A DNA stretch of 63,662 nucleotides, counting the filler, from Octopus bimaculoides (lineage: Eukaryota): NCBI RefSeq assembly GCF_001194135.2. It is 5 parts of 5 records of this genome, joined end to end, with 100 filler letters (N's around TTAATTAATTAA, not from the genome) between each part and the next. Parts side by side here need not be neighbours in the genome. Positions count along the whole stretch, not along the records: positions 25,816 to 50,341 come from NC_068987.1; positions 50,442 to 61,806 come from NC_068988.1; 3 more parts are not named here. One strand, given 5' to 3'. Positions 39,485-52,263 of this stretch are shown here, piece after piece. The translations under genes and the position numbers were made by a program. The notes beneath the pieces were generated by a model, which had not been told where the DNA came from, made no database searches, and saw nothing but the letters and a program-made list of their open reading frames with translations. Every line of letters starts with the position of its first letter. Positions within the stretch are counted from its first letter, which is position 1.

Positions 39485-42400
39485 GNNNNNNNNNNNNNNN
39501 NNNNNNNNNNNNNNNNNNNNNNNNNNNNNNNNNNNNNNNNNNNNNNNNNNNNNNNNNNNNNNNNNNNNNNNNNNNNNNNNNNNNNNNNNNNNNNNNNNNN
39601 NNNNNNNNNNNNNNNNNNNNNNNNNNNNNNNNNNNNNNNNNNNNNNNNNNNNNNNNNNNNNNNNNNNNNNNNNNNNNNNNNNNNNNNNNNNNNNNNNNNN
39701 NNNNNNNNNNNNNNNNNNNNNNNNNNNNNNNNNNNNNNNNNNNNNNNNNNNNNNNNNNNNNNNNNNNNNNNNNNNNNNNNNNNNNNNNNNNNNNNNNNNN
39801 NNNNNNNNNNNNNNNNNNNNNNNNNNNNNNNNNNNNNNNNNNNNNNNNNNNNNNNNNNNNNNNNNNNNNNNNNNNNNNNNNNNNNNNNNNNNNNNNNNNN
39901 NNNNNNNNNNNNNNNNNNNNNNNNNNNNNNNNNNNNNNNNNNNNNNNNNNNNNNNNNNNNNNNNNNNNNNNNNNNNNNNNNNNNNNNNNNNNNNNNNNNN
40001 NNNNNNNNNNNNNNNNNNNNNNNNNNNNNNNNNNNNNNNNNNNNNNNNNNNNNNNNNNNNNNNNNNNNNNNNNNNNNNNNNNNNNNNNNNNNNNNNNNNN
40101 NNNNNNNNNNNNNNNNNNNNNNNNNNNNNNNNNNNNNNNNNNNNNNNNNNNNNNNNNNNNNNNNNNNNNNNNNNNNNNNNNNNNNNNNNNNNNNNNNNNN
40201 NNNNNNNNNNNNNNNNNNNNNNNNNNNNNNNNNNNNNNNNNNNNNNNNNNNNNNNNNNNNNNNNNNNNNNNNNNNNNNNNNNNNNNNNNNNNNNNNNNNN
40301 NNNNNNNNNNNNNNNNNNNNNNNNNNNNNNNNNNNNNNNNNNNNNNNNNNNNNNNNNNNNNNNNNNNNNNNNNNNNNNNNNNNNNNNNNNNNNNNNNNNN
40401 NNNNNNNNNNNNNNNNNNNNNNNNNNNNNNNNNNNNNNNNNNNNNNNNNNNNNNNNNNNNNNNNNNNNNNNNTCTGAGGGAAAAGTGAGTGATTTAAGGG
40501 CGATTTGGCTATTGTTTCTAGCACATCCAAAGACAACCCTCCTCGTTTCTTTATCATTCTCGCATGTATTGATGTTTTTCAATATTTTCCCCCATAAATA
40601 CATTTATATGCTATAAAAAAGAAAATTTGAGAAATTAGGAATTTTTTGTAACCCCAATCCCTGCCCCCAATTGTTTCTGTTTGGAAATTAAAATATTGGA
40701 AAGCCTATGGTCATTGCTGGCATTTATCCACGGTGATTTTAAAAAATTACAGAGATGTTCTTGCATAGCAAGTGACTTGATCTGAGATCGTGTACTGAAA
40801 CAAAAACACTTGCATCGTAGATTCAAGAACACACAAAAACCGTTAGCTTCACAGCACTACTTAAATACAGAGGTTCCGATGCATCTACGTAATGATATGA
40901 AGAGGAGGGTTAGTTTTAAGGGTTAGGGTGTCATTACATGTCCACACAATGTACATTTAAAATGTTTTGTCAGTGAGTTAGGCTCACTGACAAAACTTCT
41001 AGGTTCTTCCCACAGCTATCCTGCATTCAAAAATTATACAGGTATTTAAAAAAATTTTCCTTCAATAAACAATGTTTCTACATTACCTATACATTAATAG
41101 AATAAACTATCATTTTTCCAAATAGCGAATGAAAACTTAAAGAGAAAGTGAGAGACTTTGCAAATGAAAATGGAATACTCCGCAGTGAATGCAATGCATA
41201 TTTAAATCTGTGAAGAATTATATGCAGTGTATGCAATGAATTTTTAAATTTGTGAAAAATTGGAGTTAAAAAAATTCAATAAGCTTGAGAAATCAAAGTT
41301 ATAGGAAATTTCTTAGAACATGAATTTATCAAAATATTTCTAGACGGTCAATCCTTTAATAATTGCTTTCTTATAGTACTTTTAGTAATTGTTACATACC
41401 TAATTAATAAGCAGCTTTCTCTTTTACAGTATCGAAGATTGTAGTAGGTCAGAGTAGATGAGAAGGAGATAAAAAGAAATGTAGTGATGTGGTGTCAAAG
41501 CAACTCTCAGGGTACAAGAAGGTATAAGAGAGGACACTGCTAGTGGGTCATAGGAGAGAAAGAGAGTATGAGGGTGAAGTAACAAATGACTAAAGATAGG
41601 GGCGGAGGTGAATTTAGTAACTGATGAACAAAGGTGGAGGTGTGGTTGAACTACATGGTTTAAAATTTATTATGATTACGAACAGCATCTCCCTTATGGC
41701 TGGATGGTATATCAGTTTAAGTATTTTTATGTTACAGTTTTTATGTAGCTTTCATGTCTTTACCATGAAGCAATCGATACATTATTCTATATTTTTATTA
41801 TTCAACTTATTATCAACAGTGTCAATTTTCTATCAGTTTTTCTATGCTGCCATGGGTTGGATGGGTCATTGTCTGTGACAGTTTCCACAATCTTGCACAC
41901 AGCAACAGAAAAAGAAAACCCCAATCAACTTTGTTGTGTTTGTCTTACAATGGAAGATAGGTTAATTTTATTGCACTAGCAGCTGTAAAGAGCTTGTTTC
42001 ATTCAGGAAGGTTAAAGAGTGCATGCTCTCAGTTCTATATTACTTCTCACTTGGAGTAATTGCTCTCTTAGACCTTGTGATGCAGAGCCTGTAACAGATA
42101 TCCTATGCTTCACTTTTTGATAAGGTTTTTATGGCTGGATGCTCTTTCTATTACTCACTTTCCAGAGTCTACTAGTGCATTTTATACCATCAGCACAAAA
42201 CAGATGGTTTTATGCAAGTTCATGAAAGACTCTCCCTATTATGAGCTCTAATTTGAATACACAGCCCTCCCAGATGAATGAACTGCTCTAATTGTCTTAC
42301 CACAATAACATATTATCATCCAACTATATTATAATATCATATGATTCTATATTTATGCAACTATATAATCATACTATTTACTACAGTACCAGACAACTAT

Positions 42401-42599
42401 AATACTACAGTGGTGACTGTTTCCTTGACGCATTTGCTAATGAATACAAATAAATATGGGTGGATTATTATCCATTCAACTTGAAAATGATAACATGGCT
42501 GATTAAATATTTTGAATTAACTGAAAAGACTGCAAGGCAATGACAGCACAATAGCTATTTAACTGGTTAACATACACTCAAATGTATTCCTGTATCTAT

Positions 42600-42639
<40 letters not shown>

Positions 42640-42756
42640 GTGTATGCAGGTATGGCTGTGTGGTTAACAAGCTTACTTACCAATCACGTAGTTTTTGACT
42701 CACTTCCACTGCATAGCCCCTTAGGCAAGAGTCTTTTATTACAGTGTATGTATTTG

Positions 42757-42797
<41 letters not shown>

Positions 42798-42984
42798 CAT
42801 CATCATCGATTAATGTCCGTTTTCCATGCTAGCATGGGTTGGATGGTTCGACTGAGATCTGGAGAGCCAGCGGTTGCAGCAGGCTCCAATCTGGTCTGGC
42901 AGTTTCTACAGCTGGATACCCTTCCTATGTATGTTGCATCCAAGAAGTAAGGTGAAGAGGAGCTTCAGCTAGGTTCCTCACAGG

Positions 42985-43910
42985 TAAGACACATAGGTAT
43001 AAAATCTTCTTGGATAGTAACAGTGATGGGGTAGGTGGTGTGGGCATACTTCTTACTGAGGAATGGGTGGATAAGGTCACAGAGGTAGCCAGAATGAGTG
43101 ATAGAGTGCTTAAGCTTAGGCTAGTCTTACAGAACAGTATAGTGACAATTATCTCTGCCTATGCCCCTCAAGTGAGCCTACCAAATGAACAGAAGGACCA
43201 CTTTTATAACATTCTTCTGCAAGCTAACTCAAACATGAGTGATAATGATCTCTTTGTGGCTGAGGATTTCAATGGGCATGTCAGATGGCAGCCAGGTATC
43301 TTACATGGTGTGCATGGGGGCCATGGATTTGGCTCCCAAAACTAAGAGGGAACAAGGCTACTGGAGTTCTGTAATGCAAATAACCTTTTGATCTGCAACA
43401 TGAACTTCAGGAAGCCAGCTAGCCACCTGATAACCTACCAATCAGGTGTCTGTGCTAGCCAGATTGATTACATTCTCACCAAACAGTAAGATGCATGGTT
43501 GCTTCTAACCCCCAGCATAGACTAGTCATTAGTGACTTACTCCACACGAGAAGGATACCAAGAGTTATACCAATCTGGAAAAGAAGGATTTGGAAGCTTA
43601 AGGACCCTTCATATGGTCAGAAATTTAGGGACATACTAACTGAGAAATTCAATGAAAAGGAAAAGGAGTTACAGACTTGTTACATAGAGGGCAACTGGGA
43701 ATTCCTGAGGGACAGCTTGCTGAGTGCCACAGATCAAATCTGTGGCTGGTGCAAAGTTCCATCCAGATCTAGGGTAACATGTTGGTAGAATGATGTGGTA
43801 GACAGGGCCATTAGAGCAAAGAAACAGGCCTGGATGAATGAGAGTATCAAGGTCCTGCATCAGGTAGCCAGAAGAGATGCTAGGAGACAAGTATGCTAGG
43901 AGAACAGAAT
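42985..43910 (+). mobile_element. RTE LINE AP-endonuclease fragment
   Basis: GVGGVGILLTEEWVDKV...TIISAYAPQV...AEDFNGHV and SQIDYIL..QHRLVISD. Confidence 0.9.
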
Positions 43911-46364
43911 TAGAGCTAGTGAAAGATGTAGGGTCATGGGAAGATGTCTCATAGTTGCTGATAGTAAACTTCATTTCTCCCTCTGACCATTGGCTTTAGT
44001 TGTTGCCTGCTTGTGACCATGATTTTAGCGTTCTGCATCCTAACTGTTGGTAGCTGTCTTTGACTCGAGTTGTCACTCACTAACTAACTGATTGAGTTGT
44101 CACTAGTCAACTAACTGATTTTTGCTTGGGGATTCTTGTTTTTATAACTATCCAGAAGGATAGATATATCGTTGAGAACAATGGATTTAGTTGGTGGTAC
44201 TTGTTATCTGAATTCTAGCTTTTGGTGGTCTATAAGTGGTTAGAAGGGTCAAGAGGTGAAGACATTATTTCGGCCTAGCTAAGGCAATCTGGCAAATGTA
44301 AAACTGCCGTCACAGAAAAAAACCATTGTTCCACCGTAAGAAAAGTTCTGTTGAACTGTTACTTGAAATTTGGCTATGGTGGATCAAATCCACTTCATGC
44401 CTACAAGGTCCACTACATATATATATATATGAATGTATATATATANNNNNNNNNNNNNNNNNNNNNNNNNNNNNNNNNNNNNNNNNNNNNNNNNNNNNNN
44501 NNNNNNNNNNNNNNNNNNNNNNNNNNNNNNNNNNNNNNNNNNNNNNNNNNNNNNNNNNNNNNNNNNNNNNNNNNNNNNNNNNNNNNNNNNNNNNNNNNNN
44601 NNNNNNNNNNNNNNNNNNNNNNNNNNNNNNNNNNNNNNNNNNNNNNNNNNNNNNNNNNNNNNNNNNNNNNNNNNNNNNNNNNNNNNNNNNNNNNNNNNNN
44701 NNNNNNNNNNNNNNNNNNNNNNNNNNNNNNNNNNNNNNNNNNNNNNNNNNNNNNNNNNNNNNNNNNNNNNNNNNNNNNNNNNNNNNNNNNNNNNNNNNNN
44801 NNNNNNNNNNNNNNNNNNNNNNNNNNNNNNNNNNNNNNNNNNNNNNNNNNNNNNNNNNNNNNNNNNNNNNNNNNNNNNNNNNNNNNNNNNNNNNNNNNNN
44901 NNNNNNNNNNNNNNNNNNNNNNNNNNNNNNNNNNNNNNNNNNNNNNNNNNNNNNNNNNNNNNNNNNNNNNNNNNNNNNNNNNNNNNNNNNNNNNNNNNNN
45001 NNNNNNNNNNNNNNNNNNNNNNNNNNNNNNNNNNNNNNNNNNNNNNNNNNNNNNNNNNNNNNNNNNNNNNNNNNNNNNNNNNNNNNNNNNNNTGTTGCCA
45101 TCCGGCCTGGTGTTGCCATCCGGCCTGGTGTTGCCATCCGGTTTCACCAGTCCTCAGTCAAATCGTCCAACCCATGCTAGCATGGAAAGCAGACGTTAAA
45201 CGATGATGATGAAATAGATATCAATCATCATTTTAATGTCCACATTTTTTCATGCTTCCATGATTTAAATGGATTTTGTTGAGACAGATTTTCTAACGTT
45301 GGATGCTCTTCCAGTTACCATCTCTCATCTGCTTTGAAACAAGGTACTATTTCCTTCCCATGGCCAGGCATGTTTTTTATGGACAATTGGAAATAAAGGA
45401 CACTACTTGTATGTCAGTGATACTCATTTACAAATACCACATAATATCAAAACAAGGAAATAATAATGCACTCCCTAACATATGCACACACGCACACACA
45501 AACACATGCACTTACACACTCATACACACACACCTACATCCACACATGCATGCATATATATATCTCTTTCCTTTCCTGAGCGTCCAATAATACTATCCAT
45601 ATCACGTCCTCACCTTGTTGTTTTTTTGTTTTTTTGTTATTGTTTTTTTGAACTATATATATATATACATACATACCAGCCCACCCATGCCAGCATAGAA
45701 AATGGACATTAAGGGATGATGGTGATAATGATGAGCTTCTTTCCGTTTCTATCTACCAAATCCATTCCCAAAGCTTTGGTCAGCTAAGGCTATCATACAA
45801 AACACTCGCCTAAGGTGTTGCACTGTAGAACTGAACCCAAAACCAAATAAATTGAGAAGCAAGCTTCTTAACCACACAGCCATGCTTGTACCTTAATATT
45901 GTGTCAAAATCATATTTCCCAGCTGAAAGCATCACCAGTATCCACTCCCTTACAAATTTAAAGAATGTCTTTCTTAACAAAGAATGTTGTATCAGGAAGA
46001 TGACGCATAATAACAGGAAAACATAGAAAAATATAGAAAAATGTCTTGAGGAAATGGCTATACCAAAGGCAATGATGTCTTATTCTTCTTCCTAATGTTA
46101 AATTAATGATCTGTTTTATGTTATAGTAAAGGACAATCTTATTAGAAACAAATTAGTCCTTTCATCTTTTATCTTTTACTTGTTTCAGTCATTGGACTGT
46201 GGCCATACTGGGGCACTACTTTGAAGGGCTTAGCTAAATAAATAGACTCCAGTCCTTTCTTTTAAGCTTGGTACTTACTCTATCAGGTTCTTTGCTGAAC
46301 TGCTAAGTCTTGGGGGCATAAACAAACCAACACTAGTTGCCATGCAGAGGTGAGAGATAAGCAG

Positions 46365-46405
<41 letters not shown>

Positions 46406-47041
46406 ACAGGCTTCTTTCAGTTTCTATTTACTAAATCCACTCACAAAGCTTTGGTCAGCTTGGGTCTAGACAGTAGAAAACATTTGTCCATAGTTTATTT
46501 ATGTATTCTTTTATTCCTTTGATGTTTTCAGTCATTGGACTACAACCGTGCAGGAGCACTGTCTTGTAGGATAGGTTTGTTGAAAAAAAATTGAAGCCAT
46601 TACTTAGTTTAAATCTGGCACTTACTCTATCAGTCTTTTGCTGAACTGCTAAGTTACTGGGGCATTAGGCAACCAACACCAGTTGTTAAGCAATATCAGG
46701 ACAAACACAAGTAATGATAGTTATGTTGGTAATAGTGGTTATAGGGATGATACTGTCATGACATTTGCATTTGTGGCTGTGCTGATGGTAAAGTTGATTG
46801 AGATGGTGGCTGAGGCAGAAGCGTGGTTGTTGTGGAGGAAGCTGATTGGTGATATTTATTGGTCGAGGTGTCAGCTGATTGGTGGCATATATTGGCTGAG
46901 GTGGCAGTGATGTTAGTGTAGTGATGGTAAGGATAGCATTTCTAGTGATGCTAACTCTTTTGATACCAGCCTGCCTCAGACTGTCCCTTATTCTATAATA
47001 CAAACTTCCTGTTGAAAATTGCTCTAAATAAAAAAAAAATT

Positions 47042-47552
47042 TCATCAAAATTTCATACTAATTTATGTTCCAAACACTATCTTATTAAGTTATTTTGCCA
47101 AAGTCTTCATCATTTAAAAAACCAATTGAAGTGAACTGATGTATTTTATTAGAAATATGGTAACAAAAGGGTTAAAGTGATCTAAATCAAAACTTTTCAT
47201 CAAAATTTCAAATTAATTTATGTTCCAAATACCAGCTTATTAATGACAAAGTTATTGTACCAAATTATTATTTTAAAAACTAATTGAAGTGAATTGATGT
47301 TTTATTAGAAATGTGGTTAAAAAAAGGGTTAAAGTGATTTGAATTAACAGCTCACACCAAACCTTCATATGAAGTTGTTCTACATACCAGCTAATTAACG
47401 ACAAAGTTATTTTTCTAAATTCCTTCATTATGTTAAGAATTTTAAACACCAACTTAGCAATGCCAGTTATTTTACTAAATTCTTCATTATTTTGAAAATT
47501 AATTGAAATGAATGCAGTGTATTTATTCAGAAATATGGTAACAAAAGGGCTA
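47042..47552. repeat. Diverged about 155-bp tandem repeat, about 3 units, each ending ..AAAGGGTTAA
   Basis: Repeated TCATCAAAATTTCA..TAATTTATGTTCCAAA..AAGTTATT..AATTGAAGTGAA..ATTAGAAATATGGTAACAAAAGGGTTAA. Confidence 0.75.
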
Positions 47553-48523
47553 ATGGAGGTGGAATAATGGTAATGCTGATACTGTTGTTGAGAATTTGTT
47601 TCAAATCAACTATAACAGAGCAGACCTGTGGTCAAAGGCATTCCAACCATGACCTTTCTGTCTTTTCTCTATGTGTAATGATCCCTGGATCACATTATCC
47701 ATAGCTTCAATTTTTAAAGATGGTAGGTCATTGTTTGAGGGAGATTTAGCAGTATTTCTGGTAGTTCAAGCATTCTTTTACAGGCTCCCCTCTTAGTTTG
47801 TAATGGTCATGTCGATGATAACGATGAGGGTAGCTCTTTCAGTTATAGTGGTAGTGGTGGTGGTGGATTTGGTGATCATGGCCACAAGGATGGTATTAAG
47901 TAAGTGCTGTGTGGGCTGTAAAAGTTGACATTATTTAACTACAGTCCTGTCTAAAAACAATAAGGATTGTTTATTTGCTCTTGAAAAAAAAATGGTCACT
48001 CCCAGAGATTTTTTTTTTAAGAGTTGGAGAACAAGTGTTAAGGTATTAGTTCAGATTGGTGGGAGGGGTTGGGTCTAAAATAGAATGACATAGCAACAAC
48101 CTTTGACCTTCCACACATAGGAATGTTAATGCTGAAACAGTTTAGAAATGAACAGGAAGAATTTTCACCATTATGACTGCTGTCATCACCAGCGCCACCA
48201 TGAACATGACCATCACCATAAACACTGGTATCAGTACCAGCAATACCCCCCCCCCACCACTATTACTATCATCAACAACAGCAACAACACTGTCCCCCAC
48301 CAGCAGCAATACTAATACCTCCAAAGCCAACATCCTCCTACCACTACTACAATCACCACCAACAACACCACTATTGCCCCCTTACTATCACCACCACCAC
48401 CACCACCACTACTGCTACTGCCATTAGTTTCCACTTTGTTATCATAGTTCCTAGCATTGTCATAAATTCCTAACGTTATCACCCTCATCAGTTTTGCCCT
48501 GATTATCAACATTTACACATTTT

Positions 48524-48569
<46 letters not shown>

Positions 48570-48817
48570 GTCATTAACTTTATCCCCCTTGTTCTCTTCC
48601 TCTCCTCCCTGACCACCACCACCACCACCACACCTCCTCCTTCTCACCTTCCTCCACATCATTCTATGCACTAGAGCTAGCTATCATCCACAAATGAGTA
48701 AGGCTTGGTAATGTACTATACTTTTACTAATTGTTTTAGGTGCCTGTGTAGTCGCAAGCAGACAAACATCATTTTGACTCTCCTACATTTTGACTCAGCA
48801 GCACATCCGGAATGACA

Positions 48818-48858
<41 letters not shown>

Positions 48859-49022
48859 GTACCAACCCTCAGCTGATCCTCATTTTCAGCTGAGTAGACT
48901 GGAGCAGCGCAATGTGAAATGAAGTGCTTTGCTCAAGGACACAACACAATATGCCACTTGGTCTGGGAGTTGAACCCACAACATTATGATTGTGAGCAGA
49001 ACATCTCTAACCACTAGGCAAC

Positions 49023-49079
<57 letters not shown>

Positions 49080-50308
49080 NNNNNNNNNNNNNNNNNNNNN
49101 NNNNNNNNNNNNNNNNNNNNNNNNNNNNNNNNNNNNNNNNNNNNNNNNNNNNNNNNNNNNNNNNNNNNNNNNNNNNNNNNNNNNNNNNNNNNNNNNNNNN
49201 NNNNNNNNNNNNNNNNNNNNNNNNNNNNNNNNNNNNNNNNNNNNNNNNNNNNNNNNNNNNNNNNNNNNNNNNNNNNNNNNNNNNNNNNNNNNNNNNNNNN
49301 NNNNNNNNNNNNNNNNNNNNNNNNNNNNNNNNNNNNNNNNNNNNNNNNNNNNNNNNNNNNNNNNNNNNNNNNNNNNNNNNNNNNNNNNNNNNNNNNNNNN
49401 NNNNNNNNNNNNNNNNNNNNNNNNNNNNNNNNNNNNNNNNNNNNNNNNNNNNNNNNNNNNNNNNNNNNNNNNNNNNNNNNNNNNNNNNNNNNNNNNNNNN
49501 NNNNNNNNNNNNNNNNNNNNNNNNNNNNNNNNNNNNNNNNNNNNNNNNNNNNNNNNNNNNNNNNNNNNNNNNNNNNNNNNNNNNNNNNNNNNNNNNNNNN
49601 NNNNNNNNNNNNNNNNNNNNNNNNNNNNNNNNNNNNNNNNNNNNNNNNNNNNNNNNNNNNNNNNNNNNNNNNNNNNNNNNNNNNNNNNNNCACACACACA
49701 CACACACACTAAGCTTCTTTCAGTTTTCATCCACCAAATCCAAACACAAGGCTTTGGTAGGCCCAGAACTTTTGTTGAACATACTCACCTAAAGTGCCAT
49801 GCAATGGGACTAAACCCAAAACCATGTAGATGTTAAGCAAACTTCTCACCACACAGCTATGCTTATTACCTTTCTATACTTTTTTTTTTCAAATTGTTGG
49901 TTGATTTCTAAATTTAGCTGAAAGCCCCAAATATGTTGGGAAAAAAATTTAATCAATTCAGTTGAGCCGTGTATATAACTGGGACTTTCTTCGTTCAGAT
50001 TCTTTTAATGAAGGAGCTTCTGTATGATTATTTTACAATTCTTTTATTCTTTTACTTGTTTCAGTCATTTCACTGTAGCCATGCTGGAGTATCGCCTTGT
50101 AATGTTTTTTAGTGGAGCGAATTGACACCTCAGGACTTATTCTTTGTAAGCCCAGTACTTATTCTATCAGTCTCTTTTGCCAAACCGCTAGATACCAGGA
50201 CATAAACGCAGCAACATTGGTTCTTAAGCGATGGTGGCGGTGGTGGTGGTGGGGGAAACACAGACACAAAGACACACACACATAAATATATACATATATA
50301 CATACATA

Positions 50309-50341
<33 letters not shown>

Positions 50342-50441
50342 NNNNNNNNNNNNNNNNNNNNNNNNNNNNNNNNNNNNNNNNNNNNTTAATTAATTAANNN
50401 NNNNNNNNNNNNNNNNNNNNNNNNNNNNNNNNNNNNNNNNN

Positions 50442-50481
<40 letters not shown>

Positions 50482-50559
50482 TATGTAGGCACAGGATGTC
50501 ACGAAACGTGTACAACAGAAAAATACGAAGCACAAGTACATGGAACATGAACTATTCTT

Positions 50560-50700
50560 TCGAACAACATACATACATAGATACATACATACATACGCTG
50601 ACTATGAATTCTCATTTCTACCTATCATCATTGGTGCATTAGGTTATGTACCAAATTTGCACCAAATCTTAGAAATACTCGGTTTCACGCCATGTTGTAA
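50560..50700 (+). mobile_element. R4/Dong-like RLE LINE C-terminal remnant
   Basis: YEFSFLPIIIGALGYVPNLHQILEILGF matches the PIxIGALG terminal motif of RLE non-LTR elements. Confidence 0.6.
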
Positions 50701-50754
50701 CGCTGAAATCTACAAGATTATTTCATTCTCTCCTTGTTTATTTTCTCTTATTCC

Positions 50755-50788
50755 TTTCTGTTGAAGAGCGTAGGCTCGAAACGTAAAA
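50755..50788 (+). ncRNA. Variant minimal hammerhead-like motif
   Basis: TTT-CTGTTGA-A-GAGC-GTAG-GCTC-GAAA-CGT-A-AAA. Stem II is perfect and stem III is the palindrome ACGT, but the core reads CUGUUGA (A6 to U) and stem I is short. Confidence 0.45.
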
Positions 50789-51007
50789 TACTTTTTCATT
50801 TTCCCGAGCGTCAAACTAATACACTTTCTTCTTGTTGTTCATACACCTGTCTTCATCTTTTGTTTTTCTATAAATTTCAACTGTGTGAATATATAGTTTT
50901 ATCATAAAGCTGAAAAGACAATCCAAACTGAAAGTTTTCGCAACGGATTATGAAGTTTTTGAGCTTCAGTAAAACAATATGTTTAACTGTACACTTTGTA
51001 TTCGTGT

Positions 51008-51238
51008 TATTTCTTTACTACCCACAAGGGGCTACACACAGAGGGGAGAAACAAGTACAGACAAACGGATTAAGTCGATTATATCGACCCCAGTGCGTAA
51101 CTGGTACTTATTTAATCGACCCCGAAAGGATGAAAAGCAAAGTGGACCTCGGCGGAATTTGAACTCAGAACGTAGCGGCAGACGAAATATCGCTAAGCAT
51201 TTCGCCCGGCGTGCTAACGTTTCTGCCAGCTCGCCGCC
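51008..51238 (-). mobile_element. SINE family B with 7-bp TSD
   Basis: TTCGTGT at 51001-51007 and 51239-51245. Other copies near 17053-17248(-), 31700-31810(+), 53020-53160(-), 55540-55640(+) and 62808-63160(+, tandem pair). Confidence 0.85.
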
Positions 51239-51335
51239 TTCGTGTGCTATTACTTCCACATTGCTTTGCACCTCTGTGCAAGCGCTTACAAACATACATA
51301 CATATATACATATATATATACATACATACATGCAT

Positions 51336-51377
<42 letters not shown>

Positions 51378-51559
51378 GTATATGTGTGTGTCCTATTATA
51401 TGCATCAGAAGTACTATTAGATTACAATAGCCATATGTGTAACATACTTAATATAGATACATCCGAAACACAAAATGCAAAGTGTGTGCATCTATTCACA
51501 TAAGAATCTCAGATGTGGAAATTTTGGAATGTCTTGCAAATCTTCACTGTGCCACTAAT

Positions 51560-51910
51560 AGATTGGATTTGGAGAATCTGCGTCTTTTGATTTTTTTTTC
51601 CGTGAAACCGAGTATTTCGGTTTCGACGACGAGGGTCCCAGCTGAATCGATCAACGGAAAAGCCTGCTCGTGAAATTAACGTGCAAGCGGTTGAGCACTA
51701 CACGGACACGTGTATCCTTAACACAGTTCTCAGGGAAGTTCAGCGTGACACAAAGAGTGACAAGGCTAGCAATTTGAAATACAAGTACTACTCATCTTTA
51801 CCACCTGAGTGGAGTGGAGCAACATTCAATAAAGCGTCTTGCTCAAGGACACAACGCGTCGCCGGGAATTGAACTCACGACCTTACGACCATGAGCTGAA
51901 TATCCCAACC
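51560..51910 (-). mobile_element. tRNA-headed SINE (family C)
   Basis: Minus-strand head ..GTCGTGAGTTCAATTCCCGG..TTGTGTCCTTGAGCAAGAC. Related copies near 6280-6510, 22765-22830, 32180-32385 and 48860-49022. Confidence 0.7.
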
Positions 51911-52215
51911 NNNNNNNNNNNNNNNNNNNNNNNNNNNNNNNNNNNNNNNNNNNNNNNNNNNNNNNNNNNNNNNNNNNNNNNNNNNNNNNNNNNNNNNNNN
52001 NNNNNNNNNNNNNNNNNNNNNNNNNNNNNNNNNNNNNNNNNNNNNNNNNNNNNNNNNNNNNNNNNNNNNNNNNNNNNNNNNNNNNNNNNNNNNNNNNNNN
52101 NNNNNNNNNNNNNNNNNNNNNNNNNNNNNNNNNNNNNNNNNNNNNNNNNNNNNNNNNNNNNNNNNNNNNNNNNNNNNNNNNNNNNNNNNNNNNNNNNNNN
52201 NNNNNNNNNNNNNNN

Positions 52216-52263
<48 letters not shown>

